Part shown: positions 18,706 through 27,604 of the stretch, piece by piece
How the letters are laid out: the number at the start of each line of letters is the position of its first letter
Position numbering within the stretch: position 1 is the stretch's first letter
Assembly (NCBI GenBank): GCA_963991165.1
Contig: CAXDOW010000003.1
Coordinates: 1-50,584, forward strand
Length of the DNA stretch: 50,584 bases
Direction of reading: 5' to 3'
Source: an uncultured Flavobacteriales bacterium
Lineage (GTDB): Bacteria > Bacteroidota > Bacteroidia > Flavobacteriales > UBA7312
The notes under the pieces: generated by a model
Seen by the model: the letters and a program-made list of their open reading frames with translations, nothing else
Told to the model about the DNA's origin: nothing
Database searches by the model: none
Made by a program: the position numbers and the translations under genes

Positions 18706-18711
18706 TATTGT

Positions 18712-19662
18712 TTACCCTCCACCTTGAGATAATCTATATAAAGCTAAAGCATTTATTCCGGTTTGTGCAATGTCTTGATACGGTGCTACTGCTGGTCTAT
18801 ACATGGCAGTGCCTCCAGTTGATGCTAAATTGCCAGAACCTCGCAAAAGATCTGATAGAAATCCAAGTCTTGTAAACGGTGCTCTTTCTTCTGTTAAGAA
18901 ATCTTCGTACCCTTGGGTCAAAAGTGCTTGTTCATCTGCTCGTTGTTGTGCTCCAATTTGCTCTTGTAGGCCAAACAACCCAAGACGTGATTCTAAATCT
19001 TGTTGATCTAACGCTGATAACTGTGAACCCAACCCTGCTATACCTTGAGCTTGAGAAAATCTAGCTGCTCGATCTCTTTCTAATTGAGCCATAGCAGAAT
19101 CATAGGCTGCTTGCTGACCTGTTGCTTGAATATCTCCTAATTGTTCTCTAAGTTGTCCCTCTCGTAGTCCTTGCATAAGTGCTTGTCTTGAACCACCAAG
19201 TGTTCCTTGTGTGGCTGCACCTAAATTAGCACCTAATTGAGTTCTTTGAGCATCTTCAAAAGCTTTACGTTTTTGAACATCCACTACGTTTTGCATGTAT
19301 GGAGACATATACTGGGAAACAGTATCTCCTGTGAACTCCATTGGTATATCTCTTACACCTGTAATAGCTTCTTGTGTTAATGCTTTTCCTGAAGTAAATC
19401 CTTCTAGTGGCTGCATACCCAGTATGTTTGTTCTAGCTGTTAGCTGAGCCGCTGTAGGGCCAGCGATTCGTTGTCCACCATAGACAGCTTGTTCAGGTGC
19501 CTCAAACTCACCTGTTGGTTTACCTTCATCATCTAATACTGGATTACCTAAAGTTAATGCTGAAGCCTGACCTAGCAGGTTCTCCATGTAAGGTTGTGCA
19601 TACTCCGGTATCGTAGTTTGACTTACACTGCTTGGTTGACTGCCTCCGCCTCCCTTAGCCAT
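18712..19662 (-). CDS. Putative internal virion (pilot/ejection) protein
   Basis: Gln/Ala/Gly-rich; MAKGGGGS start; YMSPYMQNVVD and GTLGGSRQA segments. Confidence 0.6.
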   Translation of the reverse strand: MAKGGGGSQPSSVSQTTIPEYAQPYMENLLGQASALTLGNPVLDDEGKPTGEFEAPEQAVYGGQRIAGPTAAQLTARTNILGMQPLEGFTSGKALTQEAITGVRDIPMEFTGDTVSQYMSPYMQNVVDVQKRKAFEDAQRTQLGANLGAATQGTLGGSRQALMQGLREGQLREQLGDIQATGQQAAYDSAMAQLERDRAARFSQAQGIAGLGSQLSALDQQDLESRLGLFGLQEQIGAQQRADEQALLTQGYEDFLTEERAPFTRLGFLSDLLRGSGNLASTGGTAMYRPAVAPYQDIAQTGINALALYRLSQGGG

Positions 19663-20075
19663 TATAGTATCCTTTCAACAGTATTATAAATTTTCTTAAA
19701 CCCAACTTTTGATTCGTAAAGCCGAGTGGCAGAATCTGAAGCAGAGGCATGGCATCTGGTAGCCCCCGCTTGTTTTAGTAAAAGTGCTAATTTTTTCCAA
19801 TTATCTTCATTTGTAATCATTTTTCCACCCATAGCTGTTACATACGCTAGTCTATAATTTGGATAATTAATAAAATTTACAGTGGCTGCTCCTGCAATTT
19901 TATTTGTATCTTTATCTAAAGCAATATACAAAGATTGAAGTCCTGCAACAACATGAGCTTTCACATGGTCTATATTGAACTCACCAGCAGATTTTTCCAA
20001 AGTTGCTTTCAAATAGTCCTCAACGTGCCGCCATACTATATGCACAGTGTTTAATGGAACAAGCTCCACTATCAT
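19662..20075 (-). CDS. Hypothetical protein, possible GNAT-fold virion assembly protein
   Basis: C-terminal RLYESKVGF resembles a GNAT motif B end; position among virion genes. Confidence 0.45.
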   Translation of the reverse strand: MIVELVPLNTVHIVWRHVEDYLKATLEKSAGEFNIDHVKAHVVAGLQSLYIALDKDTNKIAGAATVNFINYPNYRLAYVTAMGGKMITNEDNWKKLALLLKQAGATRCHASASDSATRLYESKVGFKKIYNTVERIL

Positions 20076-21310
20076 GTAAGTAAAAACCTATCTGCGTTCA
20101 TATCTTCACCTTTATCTGCTTTTCTTCTTGCAGCATGTATTCTATTCATCATTTCAGTTAATTTTCTTGCTCCTGCTTCACTAGAACCATTACCTATTTC
20201 TGCAACACCTCTAGCATCAATTACATATTCTCCATCTGATAAAGCTGCAGGTCGTTCTCCTTGATTCACTGTTGCAGGAATAGAATCACTGACTCCATCA
20301 CCAGCACCTCGTAAGAACCTACTCGGCGATCCACCTGTATTTAAATTGACAATACCACCATCTCGTCTATTAAGTCTATACGGAGGTAGAGCAGTAAACT
20401 TTGGATTAAAATACCGTCTTTGTCCTTCTGCATAAGTAGGAGTTCCCCCTCTTTCTGCACCTGTTGGGTTAGCATCAAATCTAAACGGTCTTATTGTTGC
20501 TGGTGTCTGTCGAACATTAAACTCTGGCTCTTGAAAAGCATATGGAGCAACAGACGCTAACCCTGCTTTTACTAAGTCTCCTGTTGGAGCTTGACCTAAC
20601 TGCTCAAAACTAAAATTCTGTAAAGCTTGTGAATACGTTGGATCTATCATTCGTCCTTGTAACCCAGACCCTATACCTGTACCTGTTCCAGCTTGTGCTA
20701 AATTAGCCTGTTGTGTTATAGCACCTTGACCTGCATATGGGTTAAATGATGCGGGAGCTGTGCCTGTGCCCATCAAAGTAGTTACTTGATTTGCTTGTGC
20801 TAAGTCTGGTGTTACAACTTGTGCAGCTCCTTGATAACTATCTGCTGCTAATTTTGCTGCATCACTAGCGGCAGTTCCCGTGGTTAAAGAGGGGGCAGTA
20901 GCTCCGATTGATGTAGTTGGAGGAGGTGTAGCAGCAGGTGCTGCTATTTGCTCTCCGGGGCCGGGAACTCCTCCCGCTCCTGCTAAACTAGCTCCACCGT
21001 ATGCACCAAGTCCAGCAGATAATCCTTTTTGTATATCTCCAGTAAGCACAGTAGTTCCTCCACCTACAGCTAAAGCCGCTGCGGCTGGCCCCATAACCGG
21101 AGCTAAAGCAAAACCTGCAACAGCAGGTAAAATAGCATCTAAGAATCCTGCCTCTGGTAGTCCAGTGCTAGGGTTAGTTGTTAAACTACCTCCAAAGTTG
21201 TTAGCTAGAGTTTGTAAACCCCCAACTTCGTTTGGAGTCATATGCACAAGCATGGTATCATTACCACGACCTTGTGATTGTATTGCTTGGGCTAAAGATT
21301 GCATACTCAT
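20072..21310 (-). CDS. Putative internal virion protein
   Basis: GRGNDTMLVHM N-terminus, Gly/Ala hydrophobic segment, C-terminal GDGVSDSIPA...LSDGEYV. Confidence 0.6.
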   Translation of the reverse strand: MSMQSLAQAIQSQGRGNDTMLVHMTPNEVGGLQTLANNFGGSLTTNPSTGLPEAGFLDAILPAVAGFALAPVMGPAAAALAVGGGTTVLTGDIQKGLSAGLGAYGGASLAGAGGVPGPGEQIAAPAATPPPTTSIGATAPSLTTGTAASDAAKLAADSYQGAAQVVTPDLAQANQVTTLMGTGTAPASFNPYAGQGAITQQANLAQAGTGTGIGSGLQGRMIDPTYSQALQNFSFEQLGQAPTGDLVKAGLASVAPYAFQEPEFNVRQTPATIRPFRFDANPTGAERGGTPTYAEGQRRYFNPKFTALPPYRLNRRDGGIVNLNTGGSPSRFLRGAGDGVSDSIPATVNQGERPAALSDGEYVIDARGVAEIGNGSSEAGARKLTEMMNRIHAARRKADKGEDMNADRFLLT

Positions 21311-21318
21311 AAATTATC

Positions 21319-21621
21319 CTAAGATATGGTTACTGTTACAGTCCCTACTGACATTGTGCCACTAAGCCCAGCGGTTACAAAGTGATCCCCCGGTAACTTG
21401 ATTCTAACATTTCTGTCTTGTCTATATAAACTATAACTTGGCAAATTTGTAGGGTCTGTTGTTAATTCTGATAATACTAAGCCTTCTAAATGCAGTGGAT
21501 TCTCAGAATCCAACTGTCCAAAATAAATATTAAGTAGTTTTATTAAAGTATCAAAGTACCTCTCATTATATACCGTTGGAGGTAATGGTAAAACAGGTGA
21601 TTTAAAAGAACGCATTGCCAT
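21319..21621 (-). CDS. Hypothetical virion protein
   Basis: Start MAMRSF at 21621 in TAATG coupling with upstream gene. Confidence 0.6.
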   Translation of the reverse strand: MAMRSFKSPVLPLPPTVYNERYFDTLIKLLNIYFGQLDSENPLHLEGLVLSELTTDPTNLPSYSLYRQDRNVRIKLPGDHFVTAGLSGTMSVGTVTVTIS

Positions 21622-23522
21622 TATCTTCTCCCGTCCGGCTTTCCATCTACACGAGGCGAACCTAGTTTCCAAAATGTGCCCTGTGAAGTGGATTCTATTT
21701 TAAATCCTATTTGTCTGGCTCTGGCTCTCATAAACACTTGATTTGTATAGTTATTTACAGACGTTTGTACCACCCTTTGTTCTGCTTCATCAGAGTGTAC
21801 AGCTCCATTAAAGTCTCTTGGTAACACAGACAGCAATGCTGTTGGTTGTGAGGTGGTAGAAGTCTTAAAATCTATGTCAGGAATAATACGTTTTATCAAC
21901 GTAAATTTGTCCCCATCTGCAATATCTATATCAGAAGAAATTATAAAAGATGATAATGCAGAACCATCTGCATCATTTCCTAATTCATGGTTAAATAAAA
22001 ATGACTCCCCAGTAGCTTGTGGATATCTTCTCAAACTAGAATCTAACCACGCTGATCTTTGTATACTTCCGTAAAACCATATGTTGTCTTTGTAGTTATA
22101 TGTGATGTAAGAATCGTTGATATTACTATCTTGAGAAGGATAGAACCACCAAATCTCATTTTGTGATTCTACAGCTCCAGCGTATACATAAGCTAACGCA
22201 TCAAAGTTTAAATTATCAAATACATGATCTCTCAAAGTGCAAGGTAATGTATCCACTCTACCATTGTATATATAGAACTTATCAGTGCCCATCCAGTAAG
22301 TAACACCCTCAACACTAATTGGCGATCTAGCAGAAGCTATAGAGATGTGTGGGTCTAACTCTTGTAATCCAAATACGTCAAAAGTTCCTAAAAATTGTAA
22401 TGAGTGTAGACTAGAATCGGTAAATACTAATATCTCTTGACGTGTGCTTATTGCGGATACAATTCTTGATCCGCTACTCACTCTAATAAACCCAGCACTT
22501 TTTGCATCGTCTGCAGGATCAAAATTATATGGTTCGTTTTGACTTGCAAATCTTATAAGTAAAGGATCAAAGTCGCCTGTATCTTCAGTAGGTGTGCCTC
22601 CAGCATACGCAGAAGCTCCAAACGCTAACAAGTGTCTATCTTTTTGAGACACCAATATTTGTCCTACTTCAGCAGGTACGTTTTTCGGTGTAACAGAACT
22701 CCCCGCAAAACTAGTTATGCTGGATAATTTAACTGCTCTTGTGCCTAACGCATCGCTGGGGTTGGTAACTGTGCCTCTTGACCAATAATATAAAGCTCCC
22801 TTTCCATCTGTGTTTACGTTGGCAAATAGATCATTATCAAAATTATCAAAAAACCAAACTGTAAGTGGTAAACTTATGGGTTGTAATGAACCTTCACCCC
22901 AACCTCCACTGTTCCAATTATCTGTTCCCCAACCATAACCTAAAGTAAGAGTACCATTTCCAGCATCTACTTCATAAGTAGCAATTGCACTTGAACCACC
23001 ATTTCCTGTGTCGGAAGAATTAGCAGTGGCAGTAGCAGTAAACGAATAATTGTTGGTATCTATTTTTGTTATTTCATAATTTTGATTTAAAACATCTGCT
23101 GTAATTAAACCACCTAAAGCCGTAGCTCCAGAAAATGTTACAAAATCTCCAGTGTCTGCACCATGAGATGCATCTGTAGCTACGATAACAGTAGAACCCG
23201 CTGTGGCATCAAACGTAACATCCCCTGCACCAGTGGTTGCTCTTATAGGTGTTATGTCGTTTAAGTTAGTACCAACTTCTATATATAACTTACTATTTGT
23301 TCCTATAGCTAAAAAATTGTCATTAAATGATGTTACCCAATTAAATAATCCTCTACACGTGCCAGATAAAGAAGTTACAGAATGTTTTTGCCACCCTTTT
23401 AATTTTTCAGGGTAACCATCTAAAAATCTTACTTTATCACATTCAAACCACCCACCTTCGTTAGAGTAGTTGGTTAGGTTTCTATTTATTCCCGGTTTAA
23501 ATTGTAGTTTTGTTAAAGGCAT
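21621..23522 (-). CDS. Tail hub/nozzle (DNA stabilization, P22 gp10/T7 gp12-like) protein
   Basis: 633 aa beta-rich with repeated aromatic strands; position before ejection proteins. Confidence 0.6.
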   Translation of the reverse strand: MPLTKLQFKPGINRNLTNYSNEGGWFECDKVRFLDGYPEKLKGWQKHSVTSLSGTCRGLFNWVTSFNDNFLAIGTNSKLYIEVGTNLNDITPIRATTGAGDVTFDATAGSTVIVATDASHGADTGDFVTFSGATALGGLITADVLNQNYEITKIDTNNYSFTATATANSSDTGNGGSSAIATYEVDAGNGTLTLGYGWGTDNWNSGGWGEGSLQPISLPLTVWFFDNFDNDLFANVNTDGKGALYYWSRGTVTNPSDALGTRAVKLSSITSFAGSSVTPKNVPAEVGQILVSQKDRHLLAFGASAYAGGTPTEDTGDFDPLLIRFASQNEPYNFDPADDAKSAGFIRVSSGSRIVSAISTRQEILVFTDSSLHSLQFLGTFDVFGLQELDPHISIASARSPISVEGVTYWMGTDKFYIYNGRVDTLPCTLRDHVFDNLNFDALAYVYAGAVESQNEIWWFYPSQDSNINDSYITYNYKDNIWFYGSIQRSAWLDSSLRRYPQATGESFLFNHELGNDADGSALSSFIISSDIDIADGDKFTLIKRIIPDIDFKTSTTSQPTALLSVLPRDFNGAVHSDEAEQRVVQTSVNNYTNQVFMRARARQIGFKIESTSQGTFWKLGSPRVDGKPDGRR

Positions 23523-23523
23523 T

Positions 23524-24939
23524 TTAGTTAGACTCTAGTTGTTGTATTCTTGCTTCTAAAGCATTTACTTTATTAGATAGCTCTTGTATTGCTTTCATCA
23601 TAGGAGCTATAAACTCTTCGTATCTTAACATTTGTGTTGAATTTGAATCGCCGGGATCTGTTAAACACCACCCTGCAAAAGTAGACTTATCAATATTTTG
23701 ATTGTATAAAGTTTGTTCAACTTCTTGAGCAATTAATCCATGGTGAAATCTAACTCCTGCAGTAACTCCATACGTGGGCATGTAATTTGGAGTATCATCA
23801 ACTCCAGTTATGTACCCTCCACCTTGATTAACTTTATATCTGCGAGGTTGTAACTGATTTATAAAATCTAAACCTAATTCAGAATCTGTAATACTGTTCT
23901 TTAATCTTCTATCAGATGATGTAGTTACACCATTGGCTGCAAACACATCATTGAATCTTTTAGAGCTAGAGCCTAGATCATTTGTGTTATCAACAAAAGG
24001 AACAACACTAGTTGTAACTAGAACATCAGCGTTTCCACCATTATTTCGCACCGCTAAAGGTGTTATTGCGTTGTTAGTTTCTCCAGCCTTATATACGTGT
24101 AGATTACATTGATTCACACCAGCAGAATCGTTTCTTGTAGCAGTAATTCCTGTTTCTTCTCTAGCTGCATTAAACGCCCCTACTGCATCAAAACCTACGT
24201 AAGTAGTATCTTTTGAAAGTAGGTAACTCTGTATTGCTTGCATACCTCCGTTTGCTACGGTGGGTTGAGTGTTACCTGCAGCAGTATATCCACCAACATT
24301 TGTCCTAACAACATTGGACAAAGCAGCAGACTGAAAAGACGCACTAATAAACTTATCACCATCACTCGTTAATACATTACCAGTTGGCCCAGCAGAAGCT
24401 ATAGTAAAAGCTGTACCTGCTGAGTTCATAACCATTACTCCACCAGCTTCAGCAGATACTAACCCTGTGCCTCCAGAAGATACAGGTAAAGCCGTGCTTA
24501 ATGTTAAAGAATCTAATGTGCTTATTGTAGGTAAAGCAGTTGCTCCGTTTAAATAAATAGCATTTGTTTTACCTACTGGTATTTGTAAAGGTGTAACCTG
24601 AGTTGACGTTTTAACATTAATAGTATGTTGTAATGAGTTTTTTATTACATACTCTTTATCTAAAGAAGCGGGTAAAGTTAATGTAAATGTTGCCGCAGCA
24701 GTACCAGTGGACGTTCCTGTCAACTCTAAAAAATGATTTCTAAAATCTTGTGTAGATGTATTATCAGCAGGTGCTGTTAATGTATGACTGTTTGTGCTAG
24801 ATATACTTATCTGTTTAAAACCACCTACAGAAGATACTAAATTATTAAAGTTAGAATTTGTAATAGTGCCCCACGTACCTGACTCGGTTCCGTTGTCAAT
24901 GTTACTTATCTTAAAATCGTTTGGGAATGTTTGACTCAT
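23524..24939 (-). CDS. Tail fibre with C-terminal intramolecular chaperone (peptidase S74/ICA) domain
   Basis: TSSDRRLKNSI autocleavage motif, GLIAQEV, LRYEEFIAPMMKAIQEL followed by coiled coil. Confidence 0.85.
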   Translation of the reverse strand: MSQTFPNDFKISNIDNGTESGTWGTITNSNFNNLVSSVGGFKQISISSTNSHTLTAPADNTSTQDFRNHFLELTGTSTGTAAATFTLTLPASLDKEYVIKNSLQHTINVKTSTQVTPLQIPVGKTNAIYLNGATALPTISTLDSLTLSTALPVSSGGTGLVSAEAGGVMVMNSAGTAFTIASAGPTGNVLTSDGDKFISASFQSAALSNVVRTNVGGYTAAGNTQPTVANGGMQAIQSYLLSKDTTYVGFDAVGAFNAAREETGITATRNDSAGVNQCNLHVYKAGETNNAITPLAVRNNGGNADVLVTTSVVPFVDNTNDLGSSSKRFNDVFAANGVTTSSDRRLKNSITDSELGLDFINQLQPRRYKVNQGGGYITGVDDTPNYMPTYGVTAGVRFHHGLIAQEVEQTLYNQNIDKSTFAGWCLTDPGDSNSTQMLRYEEFIAPMMKAIQELSNKVNALEARIQQLESN

Positions 24940-24941
24940 AT

Positions 24942-25244
24942 TTAATCCTTAATTTCTGTCCAGTTAGGAGTTTGATCTTGATCTATTTCTCCCCATACAA
25001 GAGAAGAAGTAATTTCTGATGATCCAATCAAACTAGTTACAAATACACTAATATCTACAGGCACTAAAACATCATTTACTATTCCAGTTGCAGACACACC
25101 CGTAGGAGATAAATTTTGATCTATTATAAAAGATACAGTTCCTACCACGCCTGTAGCAGAAGCTCCGGTAGGAACTATTTCTGCGTTAGGATCTGTACCC
25201 TCTGCAGAATAAGGTACTTCAGAATAAGAACTATTTCCAAACAT
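24942..25244 (-). CDS. Small tail-associated protein
   Basis: TGxSATGxV repeats; tail region. Confidence 0.55.
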   Translation of the reverse strand: MFGNSSYSEVPYSAEGTDPNAEIVPTGASATGVVGTVSFIIDQNLSPTGVSATGIVNDVLVPVDISVFVTSLIGSSEITSSLVWGEIDQDQTPNWTEIKD

Positions 25245-25247
25245 ATT

Positions 25248-25631
25248 TTAATATGACCAGACCGTAGGTCTTGGTCGCTCCTTTGTATTTTTTAGTGTAT
25301 CTAAATGAATAAATCTCCCTGAACCTTTTTGTTGTATTCCTATACCTGTAAATCCTTTAGTTAAAGCTAAACTTAATAAATCAAAAGCATCTTCTCTCGA
25401 CACTGCTATATCCGCAGCTTGTCCTGTTGTATGTGCTCCCGGAGTTTTTTTCTTTCTTTCAATGGGATGGCTAGTGTGTCTATATCCTGATGTAATTTTC
25501 ATAGGTTTACCAAAAGCCAACCTTAAGTCGTTGAGTTTTTCTATAAACTCAGGATTCATATCACACTGCCCAGTGTGACTACATTTAAATTCATACATTG
25601 AAAAATAAGTGCTTGTATTCCAATCCATCAT
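25248..25631 (-). CDS. Endolysin, peptidase M15 family
   Basis: EFKC, ITSGYR, HTTGQAADI, FIHLD zinc-peptidase motifs. Confidence 0.9.
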   Translation of the reverse strand: MMDWNTSTYFSMYEFKCSHTGQCDMNPEFIEKLNDLRLAFGKPMKITSGYRHTSHPIERKKKTPGAHTTGQAADIAVSREDAFDLLSLALTKGFTGIGIQQKGSGRFIHLDTLKNTKERPRPTVWSY

Positions 25632-26065
25632 TTCTTCATTAACCCCTTTATCTCTTCTGTTTTATCTTTACTGCCTACCGAACTACCAAAATAATATGAA
25701 CACACCAAACCAACTAAAGTTGTTAAATTACCTAATAAAAAAATTAGAATATCTTTATTAGCAGGTGTTACCTCAAGAAATAAGATAACAGCAAATAAGG
25801 CAAAAGCAAGACCCACAATTCCAAGTGCGAGTAAGCTGGTAATAATTTTATTTAACCAAGGACTATGCTCACTAGTGCTGATAGCCATTTCACGCTGTCT
25901 AGCACTGTCTTTGTCAGCAAACTCGGCTTCCATTTTCTTAAGGCTCCCATCTTGCTCCATCTTCTTTAACTGCTGAAGAGCCTTTTGTTTAGCTTGTGGA
26001 TCGGGAATCAACTTATCTACAAGTTTCTCGCCTATTGGTAATAACCCTGATATTAAATTAAGCAT
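25628..26065 (-). CDS. Putative holin
   Basis: Two TM segments ending YYFGSS; adjacent to endolysin. Confidence 0.7.
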   Translation of the reverse strand: MLNLISGLLPIGEKLVDKLIPDPQAKQKALQQLKKMEQDGSLKKMEAEFADKDSARQREMAISTSEHSPWLNKIITSLLALGIVGLAFALFAVILFLEVTPANKDILIFLLGNLTTLVGLVCSYYFGSSVGSKDKTEEIKGLMKK

Positions 26066-26077
26066 ATTCTTCCTTTA

Positions 26078-26614
26078 TTAATGTACTTCATTACCCCAAA
26101 CATCCCAACCTTTTGTTTTTTGTCTTGCAAATAATTCAATGCGAGGTAGATTACCGCACAGCTTAACAATGTGGTCTTTTACCACATCAGGTTTTTTACT
26201 ATGCTTTTCTATTGGAGTATCAACCACACTTAAAATGCTTGCATCAATTCTTCGTGGTTTACCTTTTGTTGCTAATAAACATAATTCAGAATTAGATCTC
26301 GTCCAATTACCCATACCCATAAACCAACTATCTTTGATTTTATTTTTCTTTACCCATGTAAATCCGCAAGTTTTATATTTAAAACCCCATGAATTTATGA
26401 CCTCAAAAGCATTTGGAAGCTGGGGCATAGTAACCCACATAAACAAAATGCAGTTATCATCAGAAATATCTTGAACAGGCAAATTACAAATCCAATCCTG
26501 TTCTTGTACTTTATACTTAAAACTTGCTCCTCTTTTACCCGCAGACGCTCTATCACGGTACGACCACGGAGGGTCAGCATAAATTATGTTATATTTTTTA
26601 TTAGGTAAAATCAC
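26078..26614 (-). CDS. MT-A70 family N6-adenine methyltransferase
   Basis: IIYADPPW catalytic motif, LFMWVT, WGFKYKT, HSKKPD, IELFAR. Confidence 0.92.
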   Translation of the reverse strand: MILPNKKYNIIYADPPWSYRDRASAGKRGASFKYKVQEQDWICNLPVQDISDDNCILFMWVTMPQLPNAFEVINSWGFKYKTCGFTWVKKNKIKDSWFMGMGNWTRSNSELCLLATKGKPRRIDASILSVVDTPIEKHSKKPDVVKDHIVKLCGNLPRIELFARQKTKGWDVWGNEVH

Positions 26615-27132
26615 TTACTTGCTTCCATAATTGCTGTCCATAAAAAATGACATAACCATATTAAAATTAGTACGAGGGTTCCAATTGCCACACCCATTTT
26701 GGTGTTATATAAGAAAGCCTTCCTTCTTCGCATCTGATTATATATTTGAGCTTTGCGTTTGGCTTTGACCTCCCTACGTATCTTAATGAAGGCTCTATAG
26801 CCGTAAGGCCCATCCATGCCAAGGTGGTGAAGTTTTCCCCATGTAAATTCATGCTTGATTGCGTCTTCCATCTCTTTAATTTTTTTCTTTGCAATAAGTT
26901 CATCAAATGCTTCTGCTGTTTCGCTTTTGTCCCAAGTTAATTTTTGCCATAAAGTCGGTTTCTTAAATTTTCTCTCTTGCCCCATCCACTCCTGTAAATC
27001 AGAAACGTGTCCACTCCAAGTAGATAGCTGTTTAAAAATGTCTTCTAAATCTCTCCCTACTTGAATAGCTTTCTTGACTCCGTTGAAAGCTAAATTTGCG
27101 GCGGATAATGCTGTAAGTGGATCTATCAACAC
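26611..27132 (-). CDS. Hypothetical membrane-anchored protein
   Basis: IDPLTAL start, coiled region, C-terminal TM segment. Confidence 0.65.
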   Translation of the reverse strand: MLIDPLTALSAANLAFNGVKKAIQVGRDLEDIFKQLSTWSGHVSDLQEWMGQERKFKKPTLWQKLTWDKSETAEAFDELIAKKKIKEMEDAIKHEFTWGKLHHLGMDGPYGYRAFIKIRREVKAKRKAQIYNQMRRRKAFLYNTKMGVAIGTLVLILIWLCHFLWTAIMEASK

Positions 27133-27596
27133 TATACTCCACTAGCAGAACTTCCATCTAAACTTATGCTAGGCCAATCACTCCATGTTCTTGGGTCTGC
27201 ACTACCTATCGTAGCAGGGACATTTCTTAACGCTTGTCTATAACTAGCCATAGCACTAGGCATAGCTGTTCCTGTTTCTGCTTTTCTAATTGCAGCCCAA
27301 TCTGTCTTTTCTAACATAGTATCTCTTTGAGAACGTATTTTAGACATGGCATTTTTCTTAGCTGAAGTTATTTCATCAGCAGTCATGTCTGTTTTTTCTA
27401 CAGTAAATACATATGTGCCTGATACATACGGTGTAGCACCTGTTAGTCGTTCCGTTAAAACATTGTAAGGTTTATGCTTGTTTATTTTTTTGTAGCCTCT
27501 AAGAGCTAACTGTTCATCGGTAGGTACACTACGAAATACTTTTGTGTAATGTACTATTTCACCGACAACATTTCCATCTACTTTTGCAATATACAT
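27132..27596 (-). CDS. Tail fibre assembly chaperone-like protein
   Basis: IRSQRDTMLEKTDW...YRQALRNVP...WP motif. Confidence 0.75.
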   Translation of the reverse strand: MYIAKVDGNVVGEIVHYTKVFRSVPTDEQLALRGYKKINKHKPYNVLTERLTGATPYVSGTYVFTVEKTDMTADEITSAKKNAMSKIRSQRDTMLEKTDWAAIRKAETGTAMPSAMASYRQALRNVPATIGSADPRTWSDWPSISLDGSSASGV

Positions 27597-27604
27597 TTTA
27601 TCTC

